A stretch of 64,000 nt of DNA, taken from NCBI GenBank assembly GCA_964016885.1, contig OZ024740.1, positions 125,178,001 to 125,242,000 on the forward strand, read 5' to 3'. The translations under genes and the position numbers were made by a program. The notes beneath the pieces were generated by a model. The model ran no database searches. It was not told the origin of the DNA and was given only the letters and a program-made list of their open reading frames with translations. Below, piece after piece: positions 12,848 through 24,850 of the stretch; position 1 is the stretch's first letter, and every line of letters starts with the position of its first letter. This DNA comes from Eledone cirrhosa. Taxonomy: Eukaryota.

Positions 12848-15800
12848 TCATCATCATGGCTTGGCTTCGCGAACGAAGATTAGGAAGGTTGTCCGCGTCG
12901 TCTGCAGGCACGCTCATATTTGATAAGTCCGATGCGGGAAAGGCAGGTCCGTGAGCAGTGTCTACAGATGAAGGTAACGTCCGGTGTGGTGTCAGAGGCG
13001 GCTCGGGCCTTCCTTCTGCGTCTCTTGTATTTTTGCGCGTCTCTTCTGTCTTCCTCAAACTCGCTGACCGCGTTGAAGATCGTGTGGCGCCAGGCATCAC
13101 GGTCCGCAGCCAGGTCTGACCAGCATTGGTGGTCAATATGACATGCGGAGAGATATTTTTGAGGCAGTCTTTGTAGCGTTTCTTCGGGGTTCCTCTCTCT
13201 CTCGGTGGCCGATGGAGAGTTCGCCAAACAGGGCCATCCATACAGTACCTGACATACACCCCATCCCCATCATCCAGATCCTCAGTTGCATGCTTGACCA
13301 TCATGCTGAAGAAGATGCTGAAGTGAGTCGGTGCCAGGACACAACCCTGCTTCACGCCGTGCAGCTGGATCACCATCTGTAGAAACTTGGTGGGACAGCC
13401 AAGTGGTTCCAGGATGAGCCATAGTCCTGTCCTGCTCACTGTGTCAAATGCTTTTGTGAGGTCGACAAAAGCAGCATAGAATCCCTTGTTTTGTTCTTGC
13501 ATTCTCCTGGAGTTGGCGGAGGACGACCACCATGTCCGTCGTGCCTCTGTTGGCTCCGAAGCCACACTGGCCCTCGGGGAGGTTTTCTTCAGCTAGGTTG
13601 GTACGAGCCTGTTGAGCAGGATGCTGGCAAGTACTTTGCCAGTGATGGATAGTAGGGTGATTCCCCGGTAGTTGGAGCAGTCAGACTTTTCACCCTTGTT
13701 CTTGTACAAGGTTATGATGACGGTGTCGCGAAGATCCTGTGGCAGTTTACCCTGCTCCCAACAGCAGACAAGAAAATCGTGTAGCTTGTCGTGGAGCGTC
13801 GGACCTCCATTATTCCAGATTTCTGGTGCGATGCTGTCAACTCCTGCTGCTTTGCGACTCTTGAGTTGTTCTATGGCTTCAGTCGTCTCTTCGAGGGTAG
13901 GTGGTTCGTCGAGCTCCTCTTTGAGTGGAAGTTGAGGAACGCGATGGATGGCAGCGTGCTGTACTGTGCGGTCAGCACTGAAGAGGCTTTGGAAGTGCTC
14001 GGACCAGCGAGCGAGGATGGAAGTGTTATCGGTGAGGAGGTCTTCTCCATCTGAACTGCGAAGGGGACTCTGGACCTGGTGGGTGGGGCCATACACTGCT
14101 TTCAGAGCCTCATAGAAGCCCCTATAGTCTCCGAGGTCAGCGCACAGCTGGGTTCTCCACGCCAGGTGGTCCCACCACTCGTTCTGTATTTCTCTGAGTT
14201 TGCGTTGTAGGGTGCTGCATGCGCGTCGAAAGGTATCTTTCTTTACAGGACAGGTTGGTTGTGCAAGGTGGGCCTGATGAGCTGCTCCCTTCTTTGCTAG
14301 TAAGTCCTGGATCTCCTTGTCATTTTCATCAAACCAGTCCTTGTTTTTCAGATGTCTTAAGGATGGCTGATTTCAGGTTCTCCCACAAGGTGTCTGGGGT
14401 GGGGTCATCGGTGCAATGGGATTCGTCTAGTTTTTGCTGCAGGTCTGCTTGGAACTTAGCTTTCACTTCCTCCCGGCACAGGTTGCCGACGTTGAGTTTC
14501 TTTACGGGGTTACTTTTCTTCTTGGGTTTGGGTTTGAACTGCAGTTTGAGCTTGCAGCGGACGATGCGATGGTCAGTGTGGCACTCTGCACTGGGCATCA
14601 CTCTCGTGTGTAGAACATCTTTCAGGTCCCGTTGGCGCACAAGCACATAGTCAAGTAGATGCCAATGTTTGGACCGAGGATGCATCCAAGTTGTTTTCAG
14701 GCGGCCTTTCTGTTGGAAGATTGTTTTGGTATTGGCAAGTTGGTGCTCTGTGCAGAACTCGAGCAGGCGGCGCCCGTTGTCGTTACAGCCAGCAACGCCG
14801 TGTCTTCCAAGGACTCCTTTCCAGGCCTCAGAGTCCCTCCCAACTCTTGCGTTGAAGTCGCCAAGGATCAGCACCTTGTCGTTTGCAGGGGTGTTGTTCA
14901 AGAGTCTGCGCAGATCAGAATAGAAACTGTCTTTGTCTGCAGGATCTGCCAGTAGCGTTGGAGCATAGACACTGAAGAGCGTGAGATGTTGTTTGCCTTC
15001 CAGTGGTAGGCGCATGGTATGATGCGGTCCGAGTGGCCCGTGGGTAACGTTTCCAGATTGGAGGCGATGGAATTCTTCACCATGAGTCTTACACCCGACA
15101 GGCGTTTTCCAGATTATGGTTTCGCGGACTAGAAAAGGGTGTAGCCAGCGCCGCGTTCTTTGAGGCTGCCCGCGTCAGCGAAGCGGACCTCGTTGAGAGC
15201 TGCTATGTCCATGTTGAGGCGGGAGAGTTCATGGGCTATGAGAGCCGAACGACGTTCCGGGCGGCTGCTGTCAGCCTTGTCAAGCATAGTCCTGGCATTC
15301 CTGCAGGCAACTTTCAAGTCCTGCTTACTTTTCTTTAGTTTTAGTTTTGTTTCCATGTTTGTTCGACCGCTCTGAAGATGCCCGTTGACTGCGGCTAGCC
15401 AACTGGGTATAGAGGAGACGAGCGTTGTTTAGGCGAACCTTTTCTGCCGCCCCTCTCCATGCGGAGCAGGCAGTGCTCACCGTAGATAGGGCTGCCTGGT
15501 CGCTCAGGATGCTGCCGAGTGGTGTCGTCGCCTCCGGGTCGACAACCAGGCGACCAAAGTCCTGAGCCGCCTACATATAGAATCGAGACAACGGCTTCTA
15601 GTGACATCTTCCACCTGCCGCTTTCGCCCCTTTCCCTTCGCTGCAGGGCTTTTGAAATGGTTGGTCATAGAACGTGGACGTTTCCTTCGGCCTGCGCTGA
15701 GGAGTTTTAAGGTGAAGTGCAGTGCGCGCAAACTGGCCCCACCCTTTAAGCACGGGTTCATCTGCGATGGCCTAGCGAGATGGGACGGTGACAGCGAGGT

Positions 15801-15858
15801 CCTCGGGCCGTAGGTTTGATGTCGGAGTTTCCCTCTCCAGAAGGCGTAATACTACCCG
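12848..15858 (-). mobile_element. RTE (BovB-like) LINE, 5' UTR to tail, internally deleted pseudo-ORF (APE + partial RT + C2H2-like finger)
   Basis: APE: DIAALNEVRF, SVYAPT, ILGDFNARVG, HWHLLDYVLVR, TDHRIV. RT: KAAGVDSI, CSNYRGITLL, FVDLTKAFDTV, GVKQGCVLAP. C-terminal CRHCSRTCLSRIGL and a (gat)n tail. The YADD region is lost at a gatgg junction near 13240. Confidence 0.95.
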
Positions 15859-16259
15859 GTTTAAGCAAAGAATCGCTGCTTTCACCCTTAACGGGTTCTT
15901 CTGAAACTAAAAAAATCAATCTGTGAATGCAGAAGTAAATATTTCGAAAAACGTTGTAACCGAAATCAGTTAGACAATACTTTGGTTCGTGGAGACGATC
16001 CTTGGTAATGAACGGAAAAAAGCGAAGATAATACGTCACTATGTGGAGCGTGGAGAACAATTACACCCAAAGACAAAACCACGTTTATGGTATAAATGCA
16101 GTCGTAGACTAATATTCTACTTAGGAGATGTTTCCTGGCAATGAACGGAAAAATGTGAAGATAATATGTCATTATGTCGAGCCAGGAGAACAATTACACG
16201 CAAAGACAAAAAAAAAAATATATATATATATATATAGTATACATATATATATATATATA

Positions 16260-16319
<60 letters not shown>

Positions 16320-16330
16320 TATATATAAAT
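15859..16330 (-). repeat. Penelope pseudo-LTR family X, copy 2, including CAGAAGA hammerhead at 15859-15908
   Basis: Direct repeat of 12335-12845, including the pattern of interruptions in the TA tract; it begins exactly at the RTE 5' junction. Confidence 0.8.
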
Positions 16331-16384
16331 TCTATATATATGTATATATACTGTCTATATATGTACTATATACATATATATATT

Positions 16385-16493
<109 letters not shown>

Positions 16494-16878
16494 GTTATGT
16501 AATAAACAACATAAGATAATTATTTCATTTACCAGCGGTTTCTTGAAAGCAAACAAAATTTGCTTTCAGTCATCAGAATGAAAAAATCCTGGTGTATTTA
16601 TTGACAGTGGATTTTAAAAACAAAAATATAATCCATATGAAAGTGAGGCTGGAAAAGGAAGAACGAAAGGAAAAAGAAAGGAAAAAGAATAAGTATAAAC
16701 TTAGAAAAACACACGTGCACACACATATATAGATATAAATATATATATACATATATACATATACATACACATATATATACACGTACACATATATATATAT
16801 ACATATACATACATACACATATATATATATATACATATCCATACATACATATACACACAAATACACAAACACACACAC

Positions 16879-16938
<60 letters not shown>

Positions 16939-16954
16939 ATATATATATATATAT

Positions 16955-17241
16955 ACGTGGGAAAGTAAGAAATCGGAGAATAGACCGTTAAAACATGTTG
17001 ATTTAAAACAGCACCTCCGTACGTTTCGCCCAGTTGGGCTTCTCAAGGGCATAAATAATCAAAAATGTTCCTTACATTGCTCGGAAAGAGTTTTTGTGGT
17101 TAAATCCACGTCAAGGTTCAATGCTCGCAAAAATAGCTTGTTTTCATTTTGCAGCAGGTCAACTGGGCGAAACGTAAGTAGGTGCTGTTTTAAATAAACA
17201 TGTTTTAACGGTCTATTCTCCGATTTCTTACTTTCCCACGT
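16955..17241. repeat. About 80-bp inverted repeat pair, Penelope pLTR-like, with degenerate hammerhead
   Basis: 16955-17036 is the near-perfect reverse complement of about 17160-17241. The minus strand of the left arm reads TTGAGAA-gccc(aact)gggc-GAAA-cgtacg; the right arm has gaaacgtaaGTA. Confidence 0.7.
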
Positions 17242-17420
17242 GCTTACGCTCTGCTAATTCTCTAGCCCACTAAATATTAACACTTCGAATATTTAATACA
17301 GCCGGAATATTTAATACTGCCGGCACTAGTATCGAGCACCTTTGGCATAGGTTACTTGGCAAATAACTATATGTTTCACCTATCTTCCCCCTTTTTTTTC
17401 TCTCTCTCGATACGTAAATA

Positions 17421-17564
<144 letters not shown>

Positions 17565-17829
17565 ACACACACATAATCATACATATATACACACGTACAT
17601 ACACACACATAAATACCCACATATATGTACACGCATACATACGCACACACAAATATATATATATGTACACACACCTACATACGCACATATACAATTAATT
17701 ATAAGAAAAAATAATAAAAATAAAAAAACAATGGACGTCCATATAATGCAGGCCGTCACATAAAAAAAAATATATACGACTTAAGAAAATAAAAATAAAA
17801 ATTATTATAAAGTTGACGGCGATACAGGA

Positions 17830-18809
17830 AAGGACACAATTAAAAATCTCATTCCCAATATTAGCCGTAGGATTTTTACCTTATCTTCGTCTCTAGACAT
17901 TTTTAACAAAGCCGCCCCTTATTATAATAAAGCCCTTAATAATTGTTTCTACTTTAGGCACAAGGCCAGCAATTACCCAGTGCATTACTGGTACTTTATT
18001 TTATCGACCCTGTAAGGATGAAAGGCAAAGTCAACCTCGGCGGGATTTGAACTTAATAATAGCGGCTTTACAGAACACATTAAATATTTATCTACTCCTC
18101 CCCCTAAAACTAATCACAATAATAGGAAAAGGAAAATTATTTGGTTTACACCCCACTTCTCTCTAACTGTCAAAACTAATGTATAAGGAAATTCCTTGAC
18201 CTCTTAGACAAACATTTTCCTCCTAATCATAGATATTATAAGATATTTAATAGAAATGTAGTTAAAATCAGTTACTCTTGCTGCCCATCAATGATGTAAA
18301 AAATCACCTATTCTAATCGTACGAGAATAAATCCAGGATGCAGTTGCAGGAAGCCGGATGAATGCCCATTACAGGGCAAATGTAATACCAAATCCGTTGT
18401 ATATGAGGCCAAAGTGACACCTTTTATTAATAACCAGCCAGCCAGGAGTGAACGATATATTGGCATGACTCAGGATAGGTTTAAAACCACGTTTTATGCA
18501 CATGTCGCTTATTTTAAAGACTCTGATAAAATAACAGCAACGGCTCTCGCAAATAAGGTGTGGGAATTCAAAGATAAAAACTTCCCGTACTCTATCGATT
18601 GGTCTATTTTAGACCATTCGATGGAATACCAAAGGGGCACGAAGAATTGTTCTTTGTATACCACTGAAAAATTTAGGATTCTACAAAACTTGGAAGCCAC
18701 TTCAACTTGCCTGAACTCCAAGACCGAGATCTTCAGAAGTTGTCCTCACCTGAAATCACATCTAATCTGTAACTGGATTGACATTCCTACGATGACTCAA
18801 CCACCTTGA
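17830..18809 (+). mobile_element. Penelope-like element (Naiad-type), 5'-truncated RT thumb + GIY-YIG endonuclease
   Basis: KAAPYYNKALN[SINE]NSGF, RKRKIIWFTP, KISYSC, CSCRKPDECPLQGKC (CxCx5C), VVY..., YIGMTQDRFK, LANKVWEFK, LNSKTEIFRSCPH; contains frameshifts. Confidence 0.9.
17944..18050 (-). mobile_element. 5'-truncated SINE (family A) inserted in Penelope ORF
   Basis: Near-identical to the SINEs at 41575-41950, 43938-44080 and 57930-58085; TSD cttaataat; removing it restores ...KALNNSGF. Confidence 0.9.
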
Positions 18810-19140
18810 ACTTCTTCTCTGCTCTCTACGCCTTAAATCCACTACGATTTTTATTACGTTCTGAACTCACTTTCTGTACTATTATATTCTTTTTCTCCCT
18901 TATCTCCCCTTATATTTAAACTTTTTCCTATGTTATTTTTTCCTTATTCCCCCCTACTTTCTACCTTACCCTTTACATACCCACCTTTTTTATTTATAGA
19001 TATTTATTTCTGTGTGTATATATGTGTTGTGTATATGTGTATATATGTATATATATATGTGTGTGTATGTGTGTATTTATATATATATATAATAGCCGTC
19101 GAAACGGCTTGAGCTCTGCCGTCGGGGTCATACTTTTTCC

Positions 19141-19234
<94 letters not shown>

Positions 19235-19516
19235 CATGTGTGTATTTGTATGGTTGTGTGTGAGTGTGCGTATATATATGTGTGTATGTATATGCATAAT
19301 TACATCGAGAGTGATTTAATGTTTATTTTCATTGATTATTTGCTCCATGAGCTTGTTGAGTGCTCTAAATCAGCTATAAACATTTATACCTTTATCTATT
19401 TATTTATTTATTATTTGTCGTATTCCCAACTATTTGTTTACCCCTTCCACCTTTTTATTTTTATATATATATAATATTTATGTATTTTCTTATATATATA
19501 TATATATTGATATGTA

Positions 19517-19587
<71 letters not shown>

Positions 19588-19898
19588 ATATGCATCTGTA
19601 TGTATATATATGTTACTAGATATTATTTCTTTATAATTATCTCCAAATTATTTGTCGAGCAATATTAGCCATGACTGCTGCTATGGTAGCAGGCCGCTGT
19701 CTTATTAGCAAACCACTTTCCACTGATTGACCTCGATGTCACGTGATTGATTCTTATTGAATTTGCCACCGACGCAGAGGCAGTGATTTTCTCAATGGCT
19801 AGGAATTCAGTCCACGCTTTGCTATTTCCTATCCACTGAATTATTTTTTAATAAGTTTCCAGTGTCCACGCTTTGCCTGGATACTTAGATGAGAATAG

Positions 19899-19980
19899 AC
19901 CTCCCTGACGACGGAATGCTTCTCAGTATCTTCTTCGGAAAATATATTTATTCCATTCCAGAAACTAATTAGTTGGAAGT
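19899..19980 (+). ncRNA. Type I hammerhead ribozyme, copy 1
   Basis: acctcc-CTGACGA-cggaatg...cattcca-GAAA-ctaattag-TT-ggaagt: canonical core, palindromic stem III, GUU site. Confidence 0.8.
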
Positions 19981-20416
19981 GATATTTTAGTAAGTAAGTT
20001 AATTTTATAATTTTCTTATTTTACGTCTCTCATATTATTGTTCTGCAACCCCATGCATTGAACCACAAAGTTACTAAGACAAAACCTATATATTTGCTAG
20101 CATTGATATGCATCTGTATGTATATATATGTTACTGGATATTAATTCTTTATAATTATCTCCAAATTATTTGTCGAGCAATATTGGCCATGACTGCTGCT
20201 ATGGTAGCAGGCCGCTGTCTTATTAGCAAACCACTTTCCACTGATTGACCTCGATGTCACGTGATTGATTCTTTTTGAATTTGCCACCGACGCAGAAGCA
20301 GTGATTTTCGCAATGGCTAGGAATTCAGTCCACGCTTTGCTATTTCCTATCCACTGAATTATTTTTTAATAAGTTTCCAGTGTCCACGCTTTGCCTGGAT
20401 ACTTAGATGAGAATAG

Positions 20417-20498
20417 ACCTCCCTGACGACGGAATGCTTCTCCGTATTTTCTTCGGAAAATATATTTGTTCCATTCCAGAAACTAATTAGTTGGAAGT
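20417..20498 (+). ncRNA. Type I hammerhead ribozyme, copy 2
   Basis: Same motif exactly 518 nt downstream (CTGACGA at 20423). Confidence 0.8.
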
Positions 20499-20666
20499 GA
20501 TATTTTAGTAAGTAAGTTAATTTTATAATTTTCTTATTTTACGTCTCTCATATTATTGTTCTGCAACCCCATGCATTGAACCACAAAGTTACTAAGACAA
20601 AACCTATATATTTGCTAGCATTGATATGCATCTGTATGTATATATATATGTTACTAGATATTAATT

Positions 20667-20723
<57 letters not shown>

Positions 20724-21009
20724 ATATATATTTTGTTTCTGAATTTCTTTAGCAAGATTCTTTATCTGAAAACGTGTGTTGAAACCGATATTGTTATACT
20801 TTGGGAGGGTCATGTTGACAATAATAAAACACACACCAGTTGCTTTCACTTCAATTTATTATAATTCCCCTCAGCACATAAATATAATAACATTTTTAAT
20901 AGAAATACTATTAAAATTTCTTACTCTTCGACGCCTAACCTTTCACATAACATCACTGCTTCAAATTTAGCTAACTTACCTAGCCGTACGAACACGTGCA
21001 ACCCTGTTA

Positions 21010-23212
21010 GTAGTACTAACTTTAATTGTAGGAATCGGGTTGACTGCCCTCTATCCGGGAAATGTCTGTCCAGTAACATTGTCTACAAATGTAAGGTCGA
21101 AACACCCTCGTCCCGTAGGGCCTACATAGGGTTAACCGCCAATAGATTCAAGCAGTGTCTTTACATGCCCACCCATTCTTTTCTTAACCCTCTAAGATGG
21201 AATTTGACGTCACTTTCAGCTTATATCTGGAGTCTAAAAGACAATCACACCCAATATAGGTTACACTGGTAGATCCTAGCTAAGGCTAGATAGTATAACG
21301 GAAATAAATGACCATGCGATCTTTGCGCCGCTTAACCCCTGGAAATACTCATGCCAATGACCACATCTTAAACAAACAAATCTGAGGCAATTTCGGCTTG
21401 TAAACATAAATTGCATAAAACGTTCCTGTATTACAGCCCACATTATACCCTAACGGATAGTACAAACAATACGAGGATAATTTACGTCTTGATGTGGTAG
21501 CTAAGTATATTTTATGTTTATACCATTACTTATTTGTATAGGTAAGTATACATTGCCCGTATGTTTTGTGAAGGTACGTATACTCTCTCGTACGTATATT
21601 TGCTTGTATTTGTTATAGGTGTATATATTACATATACTGGTACATGTGTATATGGTTATGTGTATATGTGTATTTTGTGTTTGTGTGTGTATGTGGGTTT
21701 GCATGTATGTAAGGTGTGTATATGTGTACTTTGTGTTTTGGGTGACGTACGTTTAGTGAACATGTTTATTTTCCTGTAGGTATGTGTATGCGTGCGTTAT
21801 ATACGTATTTATGTGTGTATATTTATATACGTTTATATAATTATATGTATACACGCCCTCACACACATATATATTTTTTTTTTCGTGTGTATCTGGTGTA
21901 TATGTTCGTATGCGTGCGGGTACAGGTGTCGCGTGGGTTTTTGTATGTGTGCGCGCGTTTTTGTGTACGTGCTTGTATATGCATACCATGGCGGGTGTTT
22001 TCGCGTATGAATGTGTATGTACGTATATGGATGCGATTATGTATATATTTAATTATTGTTGATTTCAATAACCTCTGTCATTTTCGTTCTACTAATTTAT
22101 TTACATTATTCTTAACTCTGAAGCCGAGAATCATTAGGTTTCCTAAATCGAATATTAGTCTACGGCTTCATTTATACCACAAACGTGGTTTTGTCTTTGC
22201 GTGTACTTGTTCTCAACGCTCCACATAATGACGTATTATCTTCGCTTTTTTCCATTCTTTGCCAGGAAATGTCTCCATGAACTACTTAAGTAGAATATTA
22301 GAGGCCGCCTGCGAGACGTAGGACCGGCTGGGACTTAGCCCAGTAGACTTCCCCCTCCTTCTCCCCCTGTTGACGTCAAGTCCCCCCAATGCACTTGGGA
22401 TGCCATCCAGTGCAGCCTGGCCTCAGACAGACTCACGCACCAGCTCGACCAGCACCGGCTTGCTTGTTTTCGTGCGGCCTCCAAACCCCACAGTGGTGCC
22501 TGCCTCCATGCCCTGCCCTCCTCCACTGGCACGCAGCTAAACAACCAATGCCTACGAATCGGCGTTTCCCTGAGGCTCGGCTTCCGGATCTGCCAGCCAC
22601 ACCAATGTCGCTGCGGTTCCGCCGTGGACTCTTTCGGCCTCCACCCGCTTTCTTGTCGCCACAGTGCCGGCCGCATTCCACGCCATACTGCCCTCAACGA
22701 GGTCATTAAGCATGGCTTGGACGCTGCAGGCTTCCCTTCCCAGCTCGAGCCGGTGCGGCTGGATCGATGGGCGGCAAAAGGCCTAATGGCATGACCATCT
22801 TCCCGTTCCGCGGTAGCAAACCCTTCGTCTGGGATGCCACTTGCACCGACACTTTCTGCAGCCTCAACCTGGTGCAGTCTGCGACTGACCCAGGTTCTGC
22901 TGCACGTCGGGCTGAGGGGGCCAAACTCCTCAAATATCGGTCGCTCTCCGACAGGTTTGCGGTCGTACCCCTGGCAGTGGAGACTTCTGGTGTCCTCGGC
23001 CCCAGAGCTACCTCCTTACTCACCACCATAGGCGCTGAGCTGGCCAGCCGCAGGTGTGAGCCCCACGAGTTGGAGTGGCTTTTCCAGCGCGTCTCCCTTG
23101 CCGTCCTCCGGGGAAACGCCTTCTCAATTCTGTCCGCCGGGGCTGTGGGTGGGCCCCATCGCGTACCGCTGTAGTTGTTGTATACAGATATTATATTACG
23201 TTGTAGTAGAAG

Positions 23213-23256
<44 letters not shown>

Positions 23257-23525
23257 TACGACCTCGTTTGTACCATATACGTGGTTTTCTCATTGCCTGT
23301 AATTGTTCTCACACCATACATAATGACGTATTATCTTCGCTTTTATCCGTTCATTGCCAAGGAACGTCTCCACGAACCAAAGTATCGTCTTCCTGTTTTC
23401 CTTCTGTTGCAACGTTTTTCGAAATATTTTCTTCTTCGTTCATAGATTGATATTTTTAGTTTCAGAAGATCACGTTAAGGGTGAAAGCAGCGATTCTTTG
23501 CTTAAACTTTAATCTGTTATTTTTA
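21010..23525 (+). mobile_element. Penelope-like element (Naiad-type): GIY-YIG remnant (about 21020-21430), microsatellite-rich UTR, family X pLTR with hammerhead at 23458-23508
   Basis: NCRNRVDCPLSGKCLSSNIVYKC...YIGLTANRFK...LSAYIWSLKD...CDLC, with stops; the 3' region matches the repeats at 12335 and 15859. Confidence 0.85.
22301..23253 (+). mobile_element. CRE-clade non-LTR retrotransposon 3' fragment (restriction-like endonuclease), nested in a pLTR
   Basis: GC-rich island. GKRPNG...VWDATCTDT...AE.AK..KY...PLAVETSGVLG...LFQRVSLAVLRGNA is a PD-(D/E)xK RLE with PD mutated to PN. It splits gaatatta|gtctacg of family X and ends in (TA)n. Confidence 0.8.
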
Positions 23526-23527
23526 TA

Positions 23528-23649
<122 letters not shown>

Positions 23650-24777
23650 CTATTCAATTTAAATTTCTGTAGTATCGAGTACACCTTGCAGTTGGTAATC
23701 AAAAAGAGCTAGTGAGACAAGTAATAAAAAAGAAAAATAGATAAATGGGGATAAAACGGGATAATAAAAATAACATTTCAAATATTGAAGACGAATAGGG
23801 GGCAGATTATGCCTAAGACAACGAATAAATAAAGAGGAAACAAGGGAAGCAATAAAACAGCTAGAAGTTTCTCTTTTTGAATCTTTTCGTAGCTTCCAAG
23901 TACTCAAAGATGGGTTTCAGCATGGCCTCTCTCTCAGACTGATAGTCTCTCTCTCTCTCTCTCTCTCTCTACACACATATATATATATATAGTCACAAAA
24001 GATTGAAAAACGCTTTATATAAAACTGAAGTTTAAAACTGTGTAAAGGTTATATTGGTTTAGAAGTACAGAGATTATTTTGGAGTGGACTTCAAGTGAAA
24101 AATACTTAAGTGTTTGATACTCAACGAAAATCCTAATTATTTAAAAAGAAATTTTGCACAATTTCTTTTCACAAATTAACATCGCAACATAACAAACTCT
24201 TATTAACATGCAGATGATACTTTTTTACTAAAGAATTTGTCATAAAAATACTCTACTCTATCCAATTTATGAAGTAAATTTTTGGAAATACTGGTAGAAG
24301 GAACTGCACCCACTCATGCTCTCTCATCATCTCATGTATCTATACACATATATTTAAGACATATATTCATTAGACAGAGGGGAAGATGGGGTTATACTTG
24401 TGTAAAGTTTAAAATGTAATTGTTTCTGAAGAGAAAGGGTGTGGAGAGATGGATAAAATATATCTTGAATGTGTTTTTTCAAATTTTCTTTTTTAGTCTA
24501 ATATATGTCTATTATGAAGTTAAACTGCCAACAGATATATTTTTATACTATCTAGCTGTATAGGTGTGAGCGTATGGAGGAAGGTCTGTGAGTATTTAGA
24601 GAGCATGAAATACAGAGATAGGTATTGATACATGGATAGTTAGATACATACATGTTTATACACAGTGACATACACACTCACACAGCAAAGACATACCTCA
24701 AATGTATGTGCATGAAATGTTTTGAAAATATATACTCAGCTTAATTATGGAGTGTAAGCTAAGTTCTTACAATTTAC

Positions 24778-24850
24778 CTTTAGTGATGTACAATGCTATA
24801 CTTAACTGTTCTATTCTAAACCAACTAAAGATAGGTTCCAAAAAAGTCAG
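24778..24850 (-). CDS. Putative internal exon of host gene: LTFLEPIFSWFRIEQLSIALYITK
   Basis: Acceptor ctcaattttacag| and donor |gtaaat. 73 nt open in only one frame (phase 0 in, phase 1 out), compatible with both neighbouring candidate exons. Lies in unique non-repeat sequence. Confidence 0.65.

Larger units (their letters stand above)
19585..20670 (+). repeat. Tandem 518-bp repeat (about 2.1 units), pLTR/retrozyme-like
   Basis: ttgatatgcatctgtatg recurs at 19585, 20103 and 20621; units are nearly identical and each carries a hammerhead. Confidence 0.92.

Noticed and set aside
15665-15690. gtccacgt resembling the L3 loop of an HDV-like ribozyme
   Set aside because: No P1/P2 pseudoknot could be built, and the motif is not conserved in the second RTE copy.
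18339-21330. Selenocysteine-type Naiad (TGA at conserved Cys)
   Set aside because: Conserved Cys positions are TGC/TGT or missense. The one nearby TGA (about 21309) is not at a Cys position.
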